A stretch of DNA of 64,000 bases from an uncultured Verrucomicrobiae bacterium (GCA_963735805.1 CAVTMK010000002.1:1600001-1664000), one strand, 5' to 3'; shown: positions 43,270-54,009, numbered from the stretch's first letter. Made by a program: numbers and translations. The notes: generated by a model not told the origin, from the letters alone.

Positions 43270-43896
43270 TCACCAAAGACCGGGGAAAAGGCGGTAGCGG
43301 ACCACGGCGACATAGGCTGGCCACCCGGCATCTTGAGAGAGCACTCGCTCCTCAGCGAGGATCCTGTAGACTAGAGACATCCAACCGACCAATACCAGGA
43401 GGAGTGTGCCGAAATTCCATTCCTGCAGGTTGTATCCGATGTCTCCAAGTATGTACGAAAAATAGATCGGGTGTCGGGCAATTCTGTAGGGCCCACCAGT
43501 CACCAGACCTCTCAAAGCCGGCCGTACCCCGAAGAATCTCCCCATAGTGAGAAGGCTAACAAGACTAAGACCAGCCGCGAGCGTCACCAGAACCAAGCCG
43601 GCGCCAGGCCACGCTACATACCCCGGCGACCAGCGTAAATAAATGACTTGGGCATAGGGATAAAGGTAGGCGATTCCGACAGCCACGCTGGAAGTAATTG
43701 AGTAATCCCGCACCTTCGGGTGAGGTCGCGTGAGCGCAACCCCAAGCACAATGACATGTTGTAAAACGTAAATCCAGTCTGTGATCGTGAACGTGGGAGT
43801 CAGAAAAAAAAGAAGGACTAATTCTGCTACCGTGACGCAGAACAGGAGAAGATCGGCAAACCGTCGCCTAAACATTTCAGAGACGTGCGGAATCAC
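43270..43896 (-). CDS. ICMT/PEMT-like membrane methyltransferase
   Basis: LVTGGPYRIARHPIY, RILAEERVL, Y...VRYRLFPG. Confidence 0.88.
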   Translation of the reverse strand: MIPHVSEMFRRRFADLLLFCVTVAELVLLFFLTPTFTITDWIYVLQHVIVLGVALTRPHPKVRDYSITSSVAVGIAYLYPYAQVIYLRWSPGYVAWPGAGLVLVTLAAGLSLVSLLTMGRFFGVRPALRGLVTGGPYRIARHPIYFSYILGDIGYNLQEWNFGTLLLVLVGWMSLVYRILAEERVLSQDAGWPAYVAVVRYRLFPGLW

Positions 43897-44131
43897 TTGA
43901 GAGGTTGAGCGGCTTTATAAATTTCGGTCGACGCCAAAGCCAGCGCGTCGGAGAAATCAAACGTGGACGGTGGGATACGGTAATCCGGAAAGGGCGCAGC
44001 CGGCCACCGCGATTAAGCGAAACTCTGACGACTTTTAGGACCCGACATTAATTCCAAGGGAGAGACTTAGTTTAGCTCTGATAAGTTTACTGCCCACTTG
44101 TTAAGGCCGCACTCGTTCTTACGTTTGGCCT

Positions 44132-45154
44132 CTAGTCTTGTGAGTCGTCCTCCACGTCATCCTCAGTTACTTTCCAAGTCTTATCAGGGTTGTACTTGTC
44201 CATGCTCTGAAACGTTTTGAGCGTATCTGGTCCGAGATCTTTCTCGTAAACGACTCCGTCGGGGCCAACGATGAACGTTTGCACTCCGGTCACTCGATAG
44301 TCAGCGGGCGCAGCGGCCAGGGCGAACCCGCCGATCATGGCTCCGCCAACCACGAAGTCCATCTCTCCCATGGGCGCCGCAGGTCCCTGCCCCTTCAGCA
44401 CCTTAAAGTAGTAGCCATGATATGGCTGAGGCTGACTCGGATTTGAATATCCTTGCTCGAGCGCTTTGGCGACTTCTTCTCCGACCGGACCTCCCCACGT
44501 TCCGTCCGCGTTCTGCCATGCTAGGCCGTCATGTTTACCAGGCGTGCTGATAACTCGCTGCGCGTATTGGTTCACCTTTGAATCATCGTGCTTTTCCTGA
44601 GCATACTCGTGTTGTGCCTCAACAAACCCACGACAAATCTGAATCGCATTTAGCTCGTTAGCTCCGATTCGCCTATTTAATATCTCCTCACGGCCGACCT
44701 TTGTGTCGAAGAACCACTTCCCTTTTTGTTTCACGATCGGAATAGGAAGCGGAAAATCATCGTTCCCCACCAGGAGAATGGCCTCATTCGGATTTTTCTT
44801 GTCCAATTCGACTGAGGTCTTTTCTTTTGCCTTATTCGCAAACTCGGTCGCCCGATTTTTGTCCTGCACCGGATCTTGCGAACTGATAATATCGTCGCCA
44901 TCCGGCCCCAGAATCTCTTTCGCCGCAGCGACATCGAAATTCGCTGCTACTTGAATGAGAGCATCAGCCGCCTGTTTCGGCGTGTCGAACTCCTTTTGCC
45001 CTGGCTGAGGCGTTCCTTGGGCTTCTTGCTTCACCGCCGCTTCTTTCTTCTCCGGCGCAGCGACCGAGGCCGACACGACGAAGCTTGCTATAAGCATCGA
45101 TGCAGCAAGCAAGATCATTTTCGATGATGTCATGGTGTTTCGCTTTGTCTTCAT
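44132..45154 (-). CDS. DUF2950 domain protein
   Basis: F.TP..AA.AL, PLPIPIVK, W.FD...G.EEI.NRRIG.NE, ISTPGKHDGL.W, PYHGY.FK.L, GGFA..A.PA.Y. Confidence 0.92.
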   Translation of the reverse strand: MKTKRNTMTSSKMILLAASMLIASFVVSASVAAPEKKEAAVKQEAQGTPQPGQKEFDTPKQAADALIQVAANFDVAAAKEILGPDGDDIISSQDPVQDKNRATEFANKAKEKTSVELDKKNPNEAILLVGNDDFPLPIPIVKQKGKWFFDTKVGREEILNRRIGANELNAIQICRGFVEAQHEYAQEKHDDSKVNQYAQRVISTPGKHDGLAWQNADGTWGGPVGEEVAKALEQGYSNPSQPQPYHGYYFKVLKGQGPAAPMGEMDFVVGGAMIGGFALAAAPADYRVTGVQTFIVGPDGVVYEKDLGPDTLKTFQSMDKYNPDKTWKVTEDDVEDDSQD

Positions 45155-45179
45155 AGTCTTGTCTCCGTCGATCGTCCGC

Positions 45180-46685
45180 TTACCTCCGACCACCTCCACC
45201 GCCGCCTCTGTGACCGCCGCCGCCACCGCCGCCTCTGTGACCGCCACCTCCACCGCCGTGGTAGCCCCCGCCTCCACGTCCGCCGCCTCCACCGCGACTG
45301 TATCCGCCACCTCCCATGCTATGACCTCCTCTGCTGCTGCTGGCTCGCGCGTAATTTCCGCTCCCGCCACCAAATCCTCCTCCGCCACGAGAAGCGGAAC
45401 TAGGTCGCGACGATGCGCTGCGGTTACCAACTTGGTTTTTAGCGCTACCGCCGGCCGGGCGCGTCGACGGTCTTGCACCGGCGTTACCGCCACCAGGCCG
45501 CGTTCCGGCTCCGCCGCCACCAGGTCGGTTCCCAGCTCCACCGCCGCCAGGCCGGTTTCCAGCTCCACCACCACCGGGACGATTCCCAGCTCCGCCGCCA
45601 CCAGGTCGATTGCCAGTTCCACCACCACCGGGGCGATTTCCAGCTCCACCGCCACCAGGGCGATTTCCGCCCCCTGCAATCCCACCTCCGCCGGCGCCCG
45701 GTCGATTTCCAGCTCCACCCTGCCCACGCGCACCCTGACCACCAAACTTGTTCGCTGTTTGCCTGTTCCCATAGGGTGCGTTTCCGCGGTGTTGCGGATT
45801 GTGCTGCCAATTCCCTTGTCCCTGGCGGCTCACGTTGCGGTTAAAATTATTGTTCTTATTGTAATTATAATTGTTGTTGATCTTGACGTTGCCACCATTC
45901 CAATCGCAATTGCCCCAGTTGCCACCCCAAGAGCCCCATGCAGCAGCACCGAGTGCAATTCCCGCACCCCAGGCCAAGGCCGTTCCAGGCACGTAGCCCG
46001 GATACGTATAAGGATAATAGGGGTACGCGGGAGGAGGAGGCCCATAAACGACTTGTGGATCGTATGACGGCACGTAAACGACGTCGGGCTGGGCTGGCTC
46101 AATCGTGATCACCTGTTTGCCACTTGGCACTGTCTCCGTTTGCACGGTTGTTTGTGCGCTGGTCTTTAAGTTTCCGGTGCCCTGAGCCTTTCCACGCATG
46201 CGTTGGACCGCGTCCATCACGTCAGCTTGCTGCGCCAGGAATGCGTTTCCCAAATCGCTCGTCCATTGAATATTGTCTGCCATGCGCGTAACGACGTCCG
46301 GATAAGCTACCAGTCCCTGGACGCTTGGGTCCCAAGGCTCCTTTGACACAGCATCTGCTAGCGCTTTGTCTTTCACGTTCGGGTTCTTGGCCATCCATTG
46401 TTGAAGTTGAATCACCTCAAGTGGATAAGTCGACGCGGCGAGAGTTTGTGCCAGGAGTGGGTCGGGATATAGCGCGATCGGCGCAACCAGCGAATCCAGT
46501 TGGTCATTGGGCAGTTTCGGAGCCTGTTCCGTGTCTGACGACGACGACGTGGTCATTTCCTGCGACTGGGCTTGCTGGGTTTGGCCAAATGAGCGGATAG
46601 GAGATAACAGTCCGATGACCAAAATCGCGACCGCGCCGTGAAAGAATTTCATATGGAATCTGGATTGAAGGATTAGTGGCTTCAT
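45180..46685 (-). CDS. DUF3300 domain protein with Gly/Arg-rich repetitive tail
   Basis: LDSLVAPIALYPDPLL, ASTYP, WDPSV, LGNAFL, VYVPSYDP, WQHNPQHR. Confidence 0.93.
   Translation of the reverse strand: MKPLILQSRFHMKFFHGAVAILVIGLLSPIRSFGQTQQAQSQEMTTSSSSDTEQAPKLPNDQLDSLVAPIALYPDPLLAQTLAASTYPLEVIQLQQWMAKNPNVKDKALADAVSKEPWDPSVQGLVAYPDVVTRMADNIQWTSDLGNAFLAQQADVMDAVQRMRGKAQGTGNLKTSAQTTVQTETVPSGKQVITIEPAQPDVVYVPSYDPQVVYGPPPPAYPYYPYTYPGYVPGTALAWGAGIALGAAAWGSWGGNWGNCDWNGGNVKINNNYNYNKNNNFNRNVSRQGQGNWQHNPQHRGNAPYGNRQTANKFGGQGARGQGGAGNRPGAGGGGIAGGGNRPGGGGAGNRPGGGGTGNRPGGGGAGNRPGGGGAGNRPGGGGAGNRPGGGGAGTRPGGGNAGARPSTRPAGGSAKNQVGNRSASSRPSSASRGGGGFGGGSGNYARASSSRGGHSMGGGGYSRGGGGGRGGGGYHGGGGGGHRGGGGGGGHRGGGGGGRR
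45484..45720 (-). repeat. 27-bp coding tandem repeat (AGNRPGGGG)n
   Basis: Seven GNRPG units plus one GTRPG, most at a 9-aa period, with synonymous divergence. Confidence 0.85.
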
Positions 46686-46907
46686 AGGTTTTGCTCGCTT
46701 CCCTTATACTGTTATTTCAACACCCACGAGGTGGACAAGTATATTGTTTGTGCCGACGGCGGATGAATCAGACCTTGGGGCTTCAAGAATTGCCCCGAAG
46801 GGCAGAATAGATCCAAGATTTGTTCGCTAACCCTGCGAAGATCATCCTGGTGGGTGAAATTCTCGCTTTGCATCAAAATTGATAAATGGATCCCTCTTCG
46901 TAGAAAC

Positions 46908-47999
46908 CTAATTCTGCGTTCTTTGTTGCGCGATTTTCTCATCAGATCGGACGCATCGAAAGCCGAGGTGATTCGTGCCGGTGTTCACCTCGCCTTTACC
47001 GCGCGTGCCAACGATGTAGCGCGAGCAGTATTGATCGTTGCAAAGAAAGGACCCGCCGCGATGCACCCGTTTCTTTTCGTTCGGCTCGGAAGGATCAAAT
47101 GGTGAATCGGGCCCTTGTGGATTTTGCGCTATGCCGCCTTGATCGGCCAATGTTTGATAGTAATCGGGGCGATACCAATCGCTGCACCATTCCCAAACGT
47201 TTCCCGCCATGTCGTAAAGACCGTAACCATTCGGCGGAAACGATTTCACCGGCGCGATACCGGTATGACCATCTTCGCCCGCGTCTTTGACGGGAAATTT
47301 TCCCTGCCATGTGTTCGCCATCCATTTTCCGCCAGGCCGAAACTCATCGCCCCATACATAAACTTTTCCTGACAAACCACCACGCGCCGCAAATTCAAAT
47401 TCGGCTTCAGTCGGCAAACGTTTGCCCGCCCATTTTGCATAGGCTTCGGCGTCTGGATAGGCGATATGGAGAGCTGGATATTTTTCTTTTCCTTTGATGT
47501 CGCTCTGCGGCCCCAGCGGGTGCCGCCAGTTGGCGTCTTTAACGTAGCTCCACCATTGATAGTGATCCGTGAGCGGAACTTCATGGTCGGTCGGCGCGAA
47601 CACAACCGAGCCGGCAATGAGATTTTCTTCAGGCGCAGTAGGAAATTCTTCCTTTGTAGGCATGCGTTCCGCGATCGTCACGTAACCGGTTGCCTTAACG
47701 AATTTCTCGAACTGTTCATTAGTTACCGGTGTTGTATCCATCCAGAATCCATCCACTCGAACGCGATGAATCGGGCTGGAATCGTTCGACGCCATCGGCA
47801 TTTCAGCGCTGCCCTTTCCGCTCACGTTTGCGCCCATGGAAAATTCACCGCCGGGAATCCAGACCATGCCTTCGGGTGCTTTGCCTGGAGGAGAATTTTT
47901 GTTCGGAATTGTCGGCGCGAACGAAGACGACTCGGGCGTTTCCGCGTGAACGACGGCGGCGCAGATACATAAACAAGCAATCAGAATACTACTTTTCAA
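46908..47999 (-). CDS. formylglycine-generating enzyme (SUMF1/FGE) with signal peptide
   Basis: IPGGEF.MG, RLPTEAEFE.AARGG, LYDMAGNVWEW, RGGSFLCNDQYC (CxxxxC), GFRC. Confidence 0.93.
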   Translation of the reverse strand: MKSSILIACLCICAAVVHAETPESSSFAPTIPNKNSPPGKAPEGMVWIPGGEFSMGANVSGKGSAEMPMASNDSSPIHRVRVDGFWMDTTPVTNEQFEKFVKATGYVTIAERMPTKEEFPTAPEENLIAGSVVFAPTDHEVPLTDHYQWWSYVKDANWRHPLGPQSDIKGKEKYPALHIAYPDAEAYAKWAGKRLPTEAEFEFAARGGLSGKVYVWGDEFRPGGKWMANTWQGKFPVKDAGEDGHTGIAPVKSFPPNGYGLYDMAGNVWEWCSDWYRPDYYQTLADQGGIAQNPQGPDSPFDPSEPNEKKRVHRGGSFLCNDQYCSRYIVGTRGKGEVNTGTNHLGFRCVRSDEKIAQQRTQN

Positions 48000-48105
48000 A
48001 TCGTAATACTTGGTCCGTTTGTCAGTGAATGAAACTTCAATTACTCCCCTGTTAACCCACGGCGTTATGATTCTACAAGTTTACTGCCCGTAGCGCGATG
48101 GCAAT

Positions 48106-48118
48106 ATAAGACTTTAGG
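48106..48118. promoter_or_regulatory. candidate TF box ATAAGACTTTAGG upstream of the FGE gene
   Basis: Variant of the 18-bp motif at 58755 and 61612. Confidence 0.45.
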
Positions 48119-48228
48119 CTTACATGAGCACGGTTTTCATCCTAATTTTTTCCGAGGTAGCGCTAAGAACAATCGGAATATTCGAGAGACACTTGGCAAT
48201 GTTCGAAGTCAACCTTGGTTTTTTATCC

Positions 48229-49225
48229 TCACGGACCGGATGGAACCGCGAAAGGCAGGCCTTCGCGGATCAGCTTTGAGAAATCGGGTGAGTCGTTAGC
48301 GGCTCGGGCGCGGGTGTCAATCAGGCTTCGGGCTTTAAGCTCGGCAAAGGGAAGTCCGCTCGTGACGATGGCATGGCGTTCATACAGCAGTTCGTCGCCT
48401 TTGCCATTGAGAAGGATGCGCCAATCCCATGGCACGCGCTCGTTGGCTGGATGCTGCGTACGGATGCTCGTAGTGCAGTTGGTAGTGATGGCATTGTACC
48501 AACGGGGTTTGGTCCGAAGAGCGTTTAGCGAATGGATGTACTCAAGGAAACGTTCGCGCGCCTGTGCCGGCGAAACCGTCGTGCGGTACAGATAGATATC
48601 CTCATTACGATAGTTCGTGCGCAGGCGGATCACGTCGCGCTCATCGGCCACGATGTAAATGAGTTCGAAGCGTCGATAGAGCCCGCCGATGGTAGAGTAG
48701 GTTTGGCCAAGCTTCTTGCGTATCTCTATGGAGAAACAGAGCGGCGGTGCGTCAGCAAATTGAAAACTGACGATGGGATGCGCGATCCATGGCGAGCCCC
48801 AGTAATCGATTGCCAGGTCGATGCCAGTGATCTGCGAGAGTCGCACGGTGCGCGTCTCCCAATGCGGAATGTAGTCGGTATCGGTCCGGTAGTCACAGTT
48901 GCGTACAGTTATGCAGCGTCACTTCGTCCCCGTGAATGTCGGCCCAGGCTTGCTGAGCAACGTCCGGTTCCCAATCGCTATCGTTGGTTGGCGAAAGGGT
49001 CAGCCACCACGTAAGCACGCCGGCGAAGAGCGCAACAAAGATGATTAGCTTTCGCCAGAACTGCCTAACGAACAGCAGCACGACCACAAACGTGATCGTG
49101 AGCAGTATTGCTGCCAGGTGGTTGCCCGCTCCGAATGGAGCGTCAAACCATACGGCGCCAAACGCCCAGCCGATAGCGATGATGGCTAAGGGGATAGCCA
49201 AAATCAATTTGATGACTGCCATCAA
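48229..49225 (-). pseudogene. DUF4105 / Lnb-like protein, frameshift near 48907
   Basis: N-part W.PDVA...VTLHN; C-part AHPIVSF, FSIEIR, ADERDVI.LRTNYR, YNAITTNCTT; deleting one base gives LHNVRNCDYR. Confidence 0.85.
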
Positions 49226-50877
49226 TCCGCTGTGGCTAATACGCCCGTGCTTCGTCCACTGCCGGATTTAAGGTGTAAACGCAAAATCCGGTCAAGCTCG
49301 GCAATGGTTTGCGGCAGTTCGCATGCGCCGTGCGGGCCGGGAACGATCACTTCCGATTGGGCGCCCTCGAGATGAGAGCTCCAGTAAGGGACGACACCAT
49401 CAGAGCAATCTGGGCAATGGTCCTTCCCGCGATCGCCGATGATCGAGTGATAAGGAACATGAATCGGAGCTTCATTGACTACCGGTAATGCTGGATTTGA
49501 CGGTTTCAGACCAGTGATACTGTTCGGAAGACGTTTGGCACTTCCGGTCAGTCGCACAAGTTCCGCGCTGGTGAGCACATCTGTCATGGCCGAGGCAATG
49601 TTAAGGGGAAGAGCGATCAAGCTAGTTCCAAATCTACCCAATCCGCTGCTGGCCATCTCGCTCCCGCGATGCGGCGTACAAATAAACACGACGCGTTTAA
49701 TTCGGGGATTGGCCTGAAACGTCGTGGCACGTACAACCAGGCTATCGCTGGAATTCTCCCTAAAGATGCTTTTCGCAGTTTCCCCGAGAGCTTTCTCCCA
49801 CATCGCCCTTGTAACAGTAATTATCTGCATGCGAGTAAGCATTCCGCCCATACTGTGACCTACCACAACGTACGGACGATGATTTGGATAAAGTTTGTCG
49901 ACCTTGGCGAGTTCCTCGCGCAACCGAAGTGCGGAATAGAGGATAGGATTTCCGGTCGGATAACCGAAGACCCAGAATTGATAATGTTTGCGGATCTCAG
50001 GGTCGGCTTGAAGTCCGTTGATCGTTTGCACCCAATTGAACGGCGATGAAAAAAGGCCGTGCACAAGAACAAGAGGGATCCGGTCCGGATCGTAAGGCTG
50101 CAGGAAATACAAACCGGTCTTATCTAGGTAACGACTCGATCGAAACCCTGCCATTAACCCAATGAGTAGAATATTACCCGGCGGCTGGTAGTAGCTAATC
50201 GCGGCGGAATAATCGGCCGCCAGTGGGCGGATTTTTCCTTCAACAATCGCTGTTTGTTGCTTGGCAGGGCGACGCAAGGCGAGAGTCGCGTCCTTGCCTC
50301 TAAAGTCCAGCGTCGCTGTCACCGGGGCTGTGATGCCTTTTAATGGCGCGAAATTTTCACGCGGAGTAACACTGCGCACTCCAACAAGCGCGCCACCGAC
50401 GCCTTGTTGAATGTTATTCTTCCTGATCAGTTTCTCCTTTATCGAACCGGGTAGCTCGAATGAGGTGAAGTAATCCGGTGCCCAAACGTCGGGAGCGGGA
50501 GATTGAAGACGCAAGTGGTAGGTCTGATCGTTACCAGCGACCGTTAGCGAATTATTCCACAATCGAGCTCCTTCTCCAGAGCGAAGCAGAATAGTAAGTT
50601 CACCGCAGGCTGAATTGTAAGTGTTGCGTGCTGGTGTCTCTTGAACGCCGGTAACCAGCAACGGAGCGGTCATGGCAGCGGCCTGTAAATAATCGGCGCT
50701 GCGTTTCTCAACGGGGACCTGTGAGGACCGTGCCTCGCGCATGATACCGGCAGCAGGCGCGTATTGAAGCCGGCCTGCCGTTTGCGGCGTCGTTGCGCAG
50801 CCAGCAAAAAAAGCAAGACAGGTTCCCGCAGCGATCACGCGAATCCGGACAGATATTTTCGAATGTTTAGGATTCAT
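49222..50877 (-). CDS. alpha/beta hydrolase lipoprotein
   Basis: FAGC lipobox; PYDPDRIP.V.VHGL, GHSMGG, TPHRGS, SDGVVPYWSSH. Confidence 0.9.
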   Translation of the reverse strand: MNPKHSKISVRIRVIAAGTCLAFFAGCATTPQTAGRLQYAPAAGIMREARSSQVPVEKRSADYLQAAAMTAPLLVTGVQETPARNTYNSACGELTILLRSGEGARLWNNSLTVAGNDQTYHLRLQSPAPDVWAPDYFTSFELPGSIKEKLIRKNNIQQGVGGALVGVRSVTPRENFAPLKGITAPVTATLDFRGKDATLALRRPAKQQTAIVEGKIRPLAADYSAAISYYQPPGNILLIGLMAGFRSSRYLDKTGLYFLQPYDPDRIPLVLVHGLFSSPFNWVQTINGLQADPEIRKHYQFWVFGYPTGNPILYSALRLREELAKVDKLYPNHRPYVVVGHSMGGMLTRMQIITVTRAMWEKALGETAKSIFRENSSDSLVVRATTFQANPRIKRVVFICTPHRGSEMASSGLGRFGTSLIALPLNIASAMTDVLTSAELVRLTGSAKRLPNSITGLKPSNPALPVVNEAPIHVPYHSIIGDRGKDHCPDCSDGVVPYWSSHLEGAQSEVIVPGPHGACELPQTIAELDRILRLHLKSGSGRSTGVLATAD

Positions 50878-51167
50878 GCGATTTACGGCGTTACTGGTCC
50901 CTCGATAATCATCGACGCAGGCTGGAGCGAGGATTGTCGCAGCATTTCAGACGTCAGCAAATTCCGACACAAAGTTTACCGGCGTCTCGCGGTCTGTTCC
51001 ACAAGACCTTTGGGATGAGAAATCTTCTAGCAATACAGTCGCCAAGCTGTCGGATCGAACCTTATGAGAGATCCTGTCGCCTCATCCAATTCCGACGCCT
51101 AAGATCGGGCTTGAGCGCCCGGAGCAGTTTTTCATACGATGCCTCGGTGCAGCTCCTAAAGTTTTCG

Positions 51168-52589
51168 ATGAAGACATTCGTTAGATTTGTTTTTGCGATG
51201 TTGTTGGTTTCCTGCGAATCGTATGGCCCGTTCCACCCCAATACGGCCACGGAACCCCTCAACTCAATACGAGGCCCGAGTGATGGGCGCTACAAATTCG
51301 CTTTCATTGAATTCGGCGATCAGGGCTCAGCCCTGGATACATCACAACGAGCGGCTGCGATCAACGCGATTCGAGAGGCGAAGCGCCCACTTCTCTTCGT
51401 TTACATCCACGGCTGGATGAACAATGCCAACTCGGGTGACGTTTGCCGTTTTGAGCACTTTATTGACATGGTCTCACGTCTTCCCGAGGTGAGCCGGGGA
51501 AACATTAACGTAATCGGTGTTTATATCGCTTGGCGCGGCAAGGATCTTACTGTGCCAGGCTTGGATTTGCTGACGTTTTGGAACCGCAAGTTGACAGGCG
51601 GTGCGGTGGCGGCTCAAAACAGCTGCCTGGCTACCATTAACGAACTGGCACTGGCTGCGCGAGAACCAGGCAAACAGGTCCACCATTGCGTCCTGATGGG
51701 CCACTCGTTTGGCGGGTTGGTTCTAAGCAATACTATTTCTCACTCCATCCTCGACGCCAGCAGCACCGGCGCGCGGAACGCGAGCCCGTGGGACATGGCG
51801 GTCGCGTTTAACCCCGCGGATGACTCCATCGGCACCCGGCAGTTGTTATCCGAGTTAGATTATCTTTATAAGTATGACCCCACCCGTGGCGTGTATATAG
51901 GCAGGAGCCCCGGGGCAGAAGAGGGTGCTGTGATGAGGGAGGACCGTCCCCTTCTCATCGTTCTGCAATCGGAGAACGATCAGGCAACCGGCAAATTTTT
52001 TCCAATAGGCCAGAGTCTGGCCAACACAGTAAATCTTCATTATCACTGGGACAGTGTCCCATTGCCTGGGGGCAACGGACAAAAAGTATCGGAGGGAGAG
52101 TTTCAGACTCACACGCCCGGCAACGATAAGTACCTGGTAAATTTTCATGTCGTTCCATTAGGCGGAGTTGCGCCGCCGCCTGATCTAAAGACGTATGAGA
52201 ACCGGGCCTTTGAAGCCAATATTCGACAAAACGTGCGTGGCCGAACTTTTTTCACCAGTGAAAAGAATAATGGTCACGAAAAACAATTCTGTCGGGGCCC
52301 GGAGTACAATCCAGATGAGACGCGTCCTCCCACAGGAAACGAAGACTGGCGCCGTTGGGAATTTGTCTACAGCGGCAATGCGCGTGTGCCCTGCTGGATC
52401 GTACGCGTACCCAAGGAAATTATTTGGGGTCACGGAGGATTATGGAGCGATAACTCGGTAGCGATGTTTGGCGCTCTTTACCGTATGCATTTTCCCCTGA
52501 ATGCCGAAGGTAAACCTGCTCCTTCTCAGCCGGTTCGCATTCCCAGGGCCCCGGATACGCTAAAACTGAACCAGGACAAACTGCGCTGA
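51168..52589 (+). CDS. alpha/beta hydrolase-fold lipoprotein
   Basis: LVSC lipobox; FIEF.DQG, YIHGW.NNA, GHSFGG. Confidence 0.8.
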   Translation: MKTFVRFVFAMLLVSCESYGPFHPNTATEPLNSIRGPSDGRYKFAFIEFGDQGSALDTSQRAAAINAIREAKRPLLFVYIHGWMNNANSGDVCRFEHFIDMVSRLPEVSRGNINVIGVYIAWRGKDLTVPGLDLLTFWNRKLTGGAVAAQNSCLATINELALAAREPGKQVHHCVLMGHSFGGLVLSNTISHSILDASSTGARNASPWDMAVAFNPADDSIGTRQLLSELDYLYKYDPTRGVYIGRSPGAEEGAVMREDRPLLIVLQSENDQATGKFFPIGQSLANTVNLHYHWDSVPLPGGNGQKVSEGEFQTHTPGNDKYLVNFHVVPLGGVAPPPDLKTYENRAFEANIRQNVRGRTFFTSEKNNGHEKQFCRGPEYNPDETRPPTGNEDWRRWEFVYSGNARVPCWIVRVPKEIIWGHGGLWSDNSVAMFGALYRMHFPLNAEGKPAPSQPVRIPRAPDTLKLNQDKLR

Positions 52590-52645
52590 CCAGCACATTG
52601 CGCGTGGCACAGCGATAACCGAGTTGGTTTCCAAAAAACAGGTGT

Positions 52646-53335
52646 TTACTGATCATGGGACTTTCGGCTGGAATAGAGGGCGACCAAGCGTGCGATCAGC
52701 ACTGCTACATAAAGCAACCCGGTTATAGCTTCCATTGCCGCAAGCCATCGCGCAATCCTTGAGACTGGAGTGATGTCCCCGTAGCCAACGGTGCTGAGTG
52801 TGATCAAGCTGAAGTAGAAGGCATTGAACCCATCCATCGATTGCTTCCCCATGTTCGTGTTAAACGAGAATGCTCCTCCCGGCGTCAACTGGTCCACCAG
52901 CCAGTACGCGATCATCCACATCAAACCGAGCATAAGATAGGCTGAGATGCTGGCGCAAAGTACCTCGACATTTACCGAAGGAGCACGCAAAACGAAGCGA
53001 AGCAGATTCGCCACGACGAAGCCAACCAGGATAAGTCCTGCGCTAAGGAAAATAGAAGGCGGAATCAGGTCCGGCTGTAAATGATTGATCCACCGGCCAC
53101 CGATCGCCGGAATGGCAAGAACAATCGCGATAATCAGAATGCGTTTACGTTCCGCGACGGCAAGGACAGCCGATAACAAAACCAAAGAAAACAGAATTGA
53201 GACAATGATGCTGCCGCCTTTGACTTCTTCGACAAATGGGAAAGCGAAGAAAAGTAACCCCAGAGCGACCAAAAGTTGGACTGTGGTAAAACGCCGGAAT
53301 CTTGGTATTCGTAACGACTTCACGCTTTCCCTCAT
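52646..53335 (-). CDS. potassium channel family protein
   Basis: [15 protein letters not shown] selectivity filter. Confidence 0.92.
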   Translation of the reverse strand: MRESVKSLRIPRFRRFTTVQLLVALGLLFFAFPFVEEVKGGSIIVSILFSLVLLSAVLAVAERKRILIIAIVLAIPAIGGRWINHLQPDLIPPSIFLSAGLILVGFVVANLLRFVLRAPSVNVEVLCASISAYLMLGLMWMIAYWLVDQLTPGGAFSFNTNMGKQSMDGFNAFYFSLITLSTVGYGDITPVSRIARWLAAMEAITGLLYVAVLIARLVALYSSRKSHDQ

Positions 53336-53352
53336 TGATCCGCCTTTTCTTG

Positions 53353-54009
53353 TTAGTGCGTTTTCACCAACTGATAAGTTTGGATCGCCTCCGTCACACC
53401 ATGGAAGATCAATCCCACGCCGATAGCGGAAACGAAAAAGCCGACGATGCGCGTCGCCGCATCGATACCGTGCGGGCCGATATAGCGTACGACTGTGTCC
53501 GCGTAGGCAAGAATCAGATAGGTTGTGACCATCGTCATAAGGATAGCAACGACGATCGCAGCCAGTGACGAAAATTCAGCGAAAGGATGCCGGACAAATG
53601 ACGCCATGCCGAGCACGGTAGCTATCGCACCTGGTCCAAACATTAATGGCATCGCCAGTGGCACAAATGCAACCGTATCGCCCGGACCTGTCGGGGCGTT
53701 TGGGATGATGGAGGCTGTATCACTGGTCGGCATGAATAGCGCAAAGCCGATCCGCGTCAAAATGATGCCGCCGACGATCCGTACCATGCTGAGCGGCACC
53801 GCAAAGATTTTCAGCAATAACGCACCGAAGATTAGAAAGAAGAACATTAGAAGAGTTGCGTAGAAGCAGGACTTCCACGCAACTCGTCGGTGCGCAACCT
53901 TGTCCTGGCCTTCCAAGAGCTTTAGAAATACTGGTAGCACTGCGAGCGGGTTAATAATTGCCAGCAGTGTTGTAAAGGTACTCAGGAATAGGGTTGTAAT
54001 CGTGTTCAC
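53353..54009 (-). CDS. MarC family membrane protein
   Basis: [32 protein letters not shown]. Confidence 0.92.
   Translation of the reverse strand: MNTITTLFLSTFTTLLAIINPLAVLPVFLKLLEGQDKVAHRRVAWKSCFYATLLMFFFLIFGALLLKIFAVPLSMVRIVGGIILTRIGFALFMPTSDTASIIPNAPTGPGDTVAFVPLAMPLMFGPGAIATVLGMASFVRHPFAEFSSLAAIVVAILMTMVTTYLILAYADTVVRYIGPHGIDAATRIVGFFVSAIGVGLIFHGVTEAIQTYQLVKTH

Noticed and set aside
45484..45720. Regularly spaced repeats as a possible CRISPR array
   Set aside because: 27-bp in-frame coding repeats with no unique spacers; no cas genes in the window
45155..45772. 206-aa N-terminal extension of the DUF2950 ORF, and long + strand ORFs over the same region
   Set aside because: Shadow frames of the Gly-rich DUF3300 repeat; the real start with a signal peptide is at 45154
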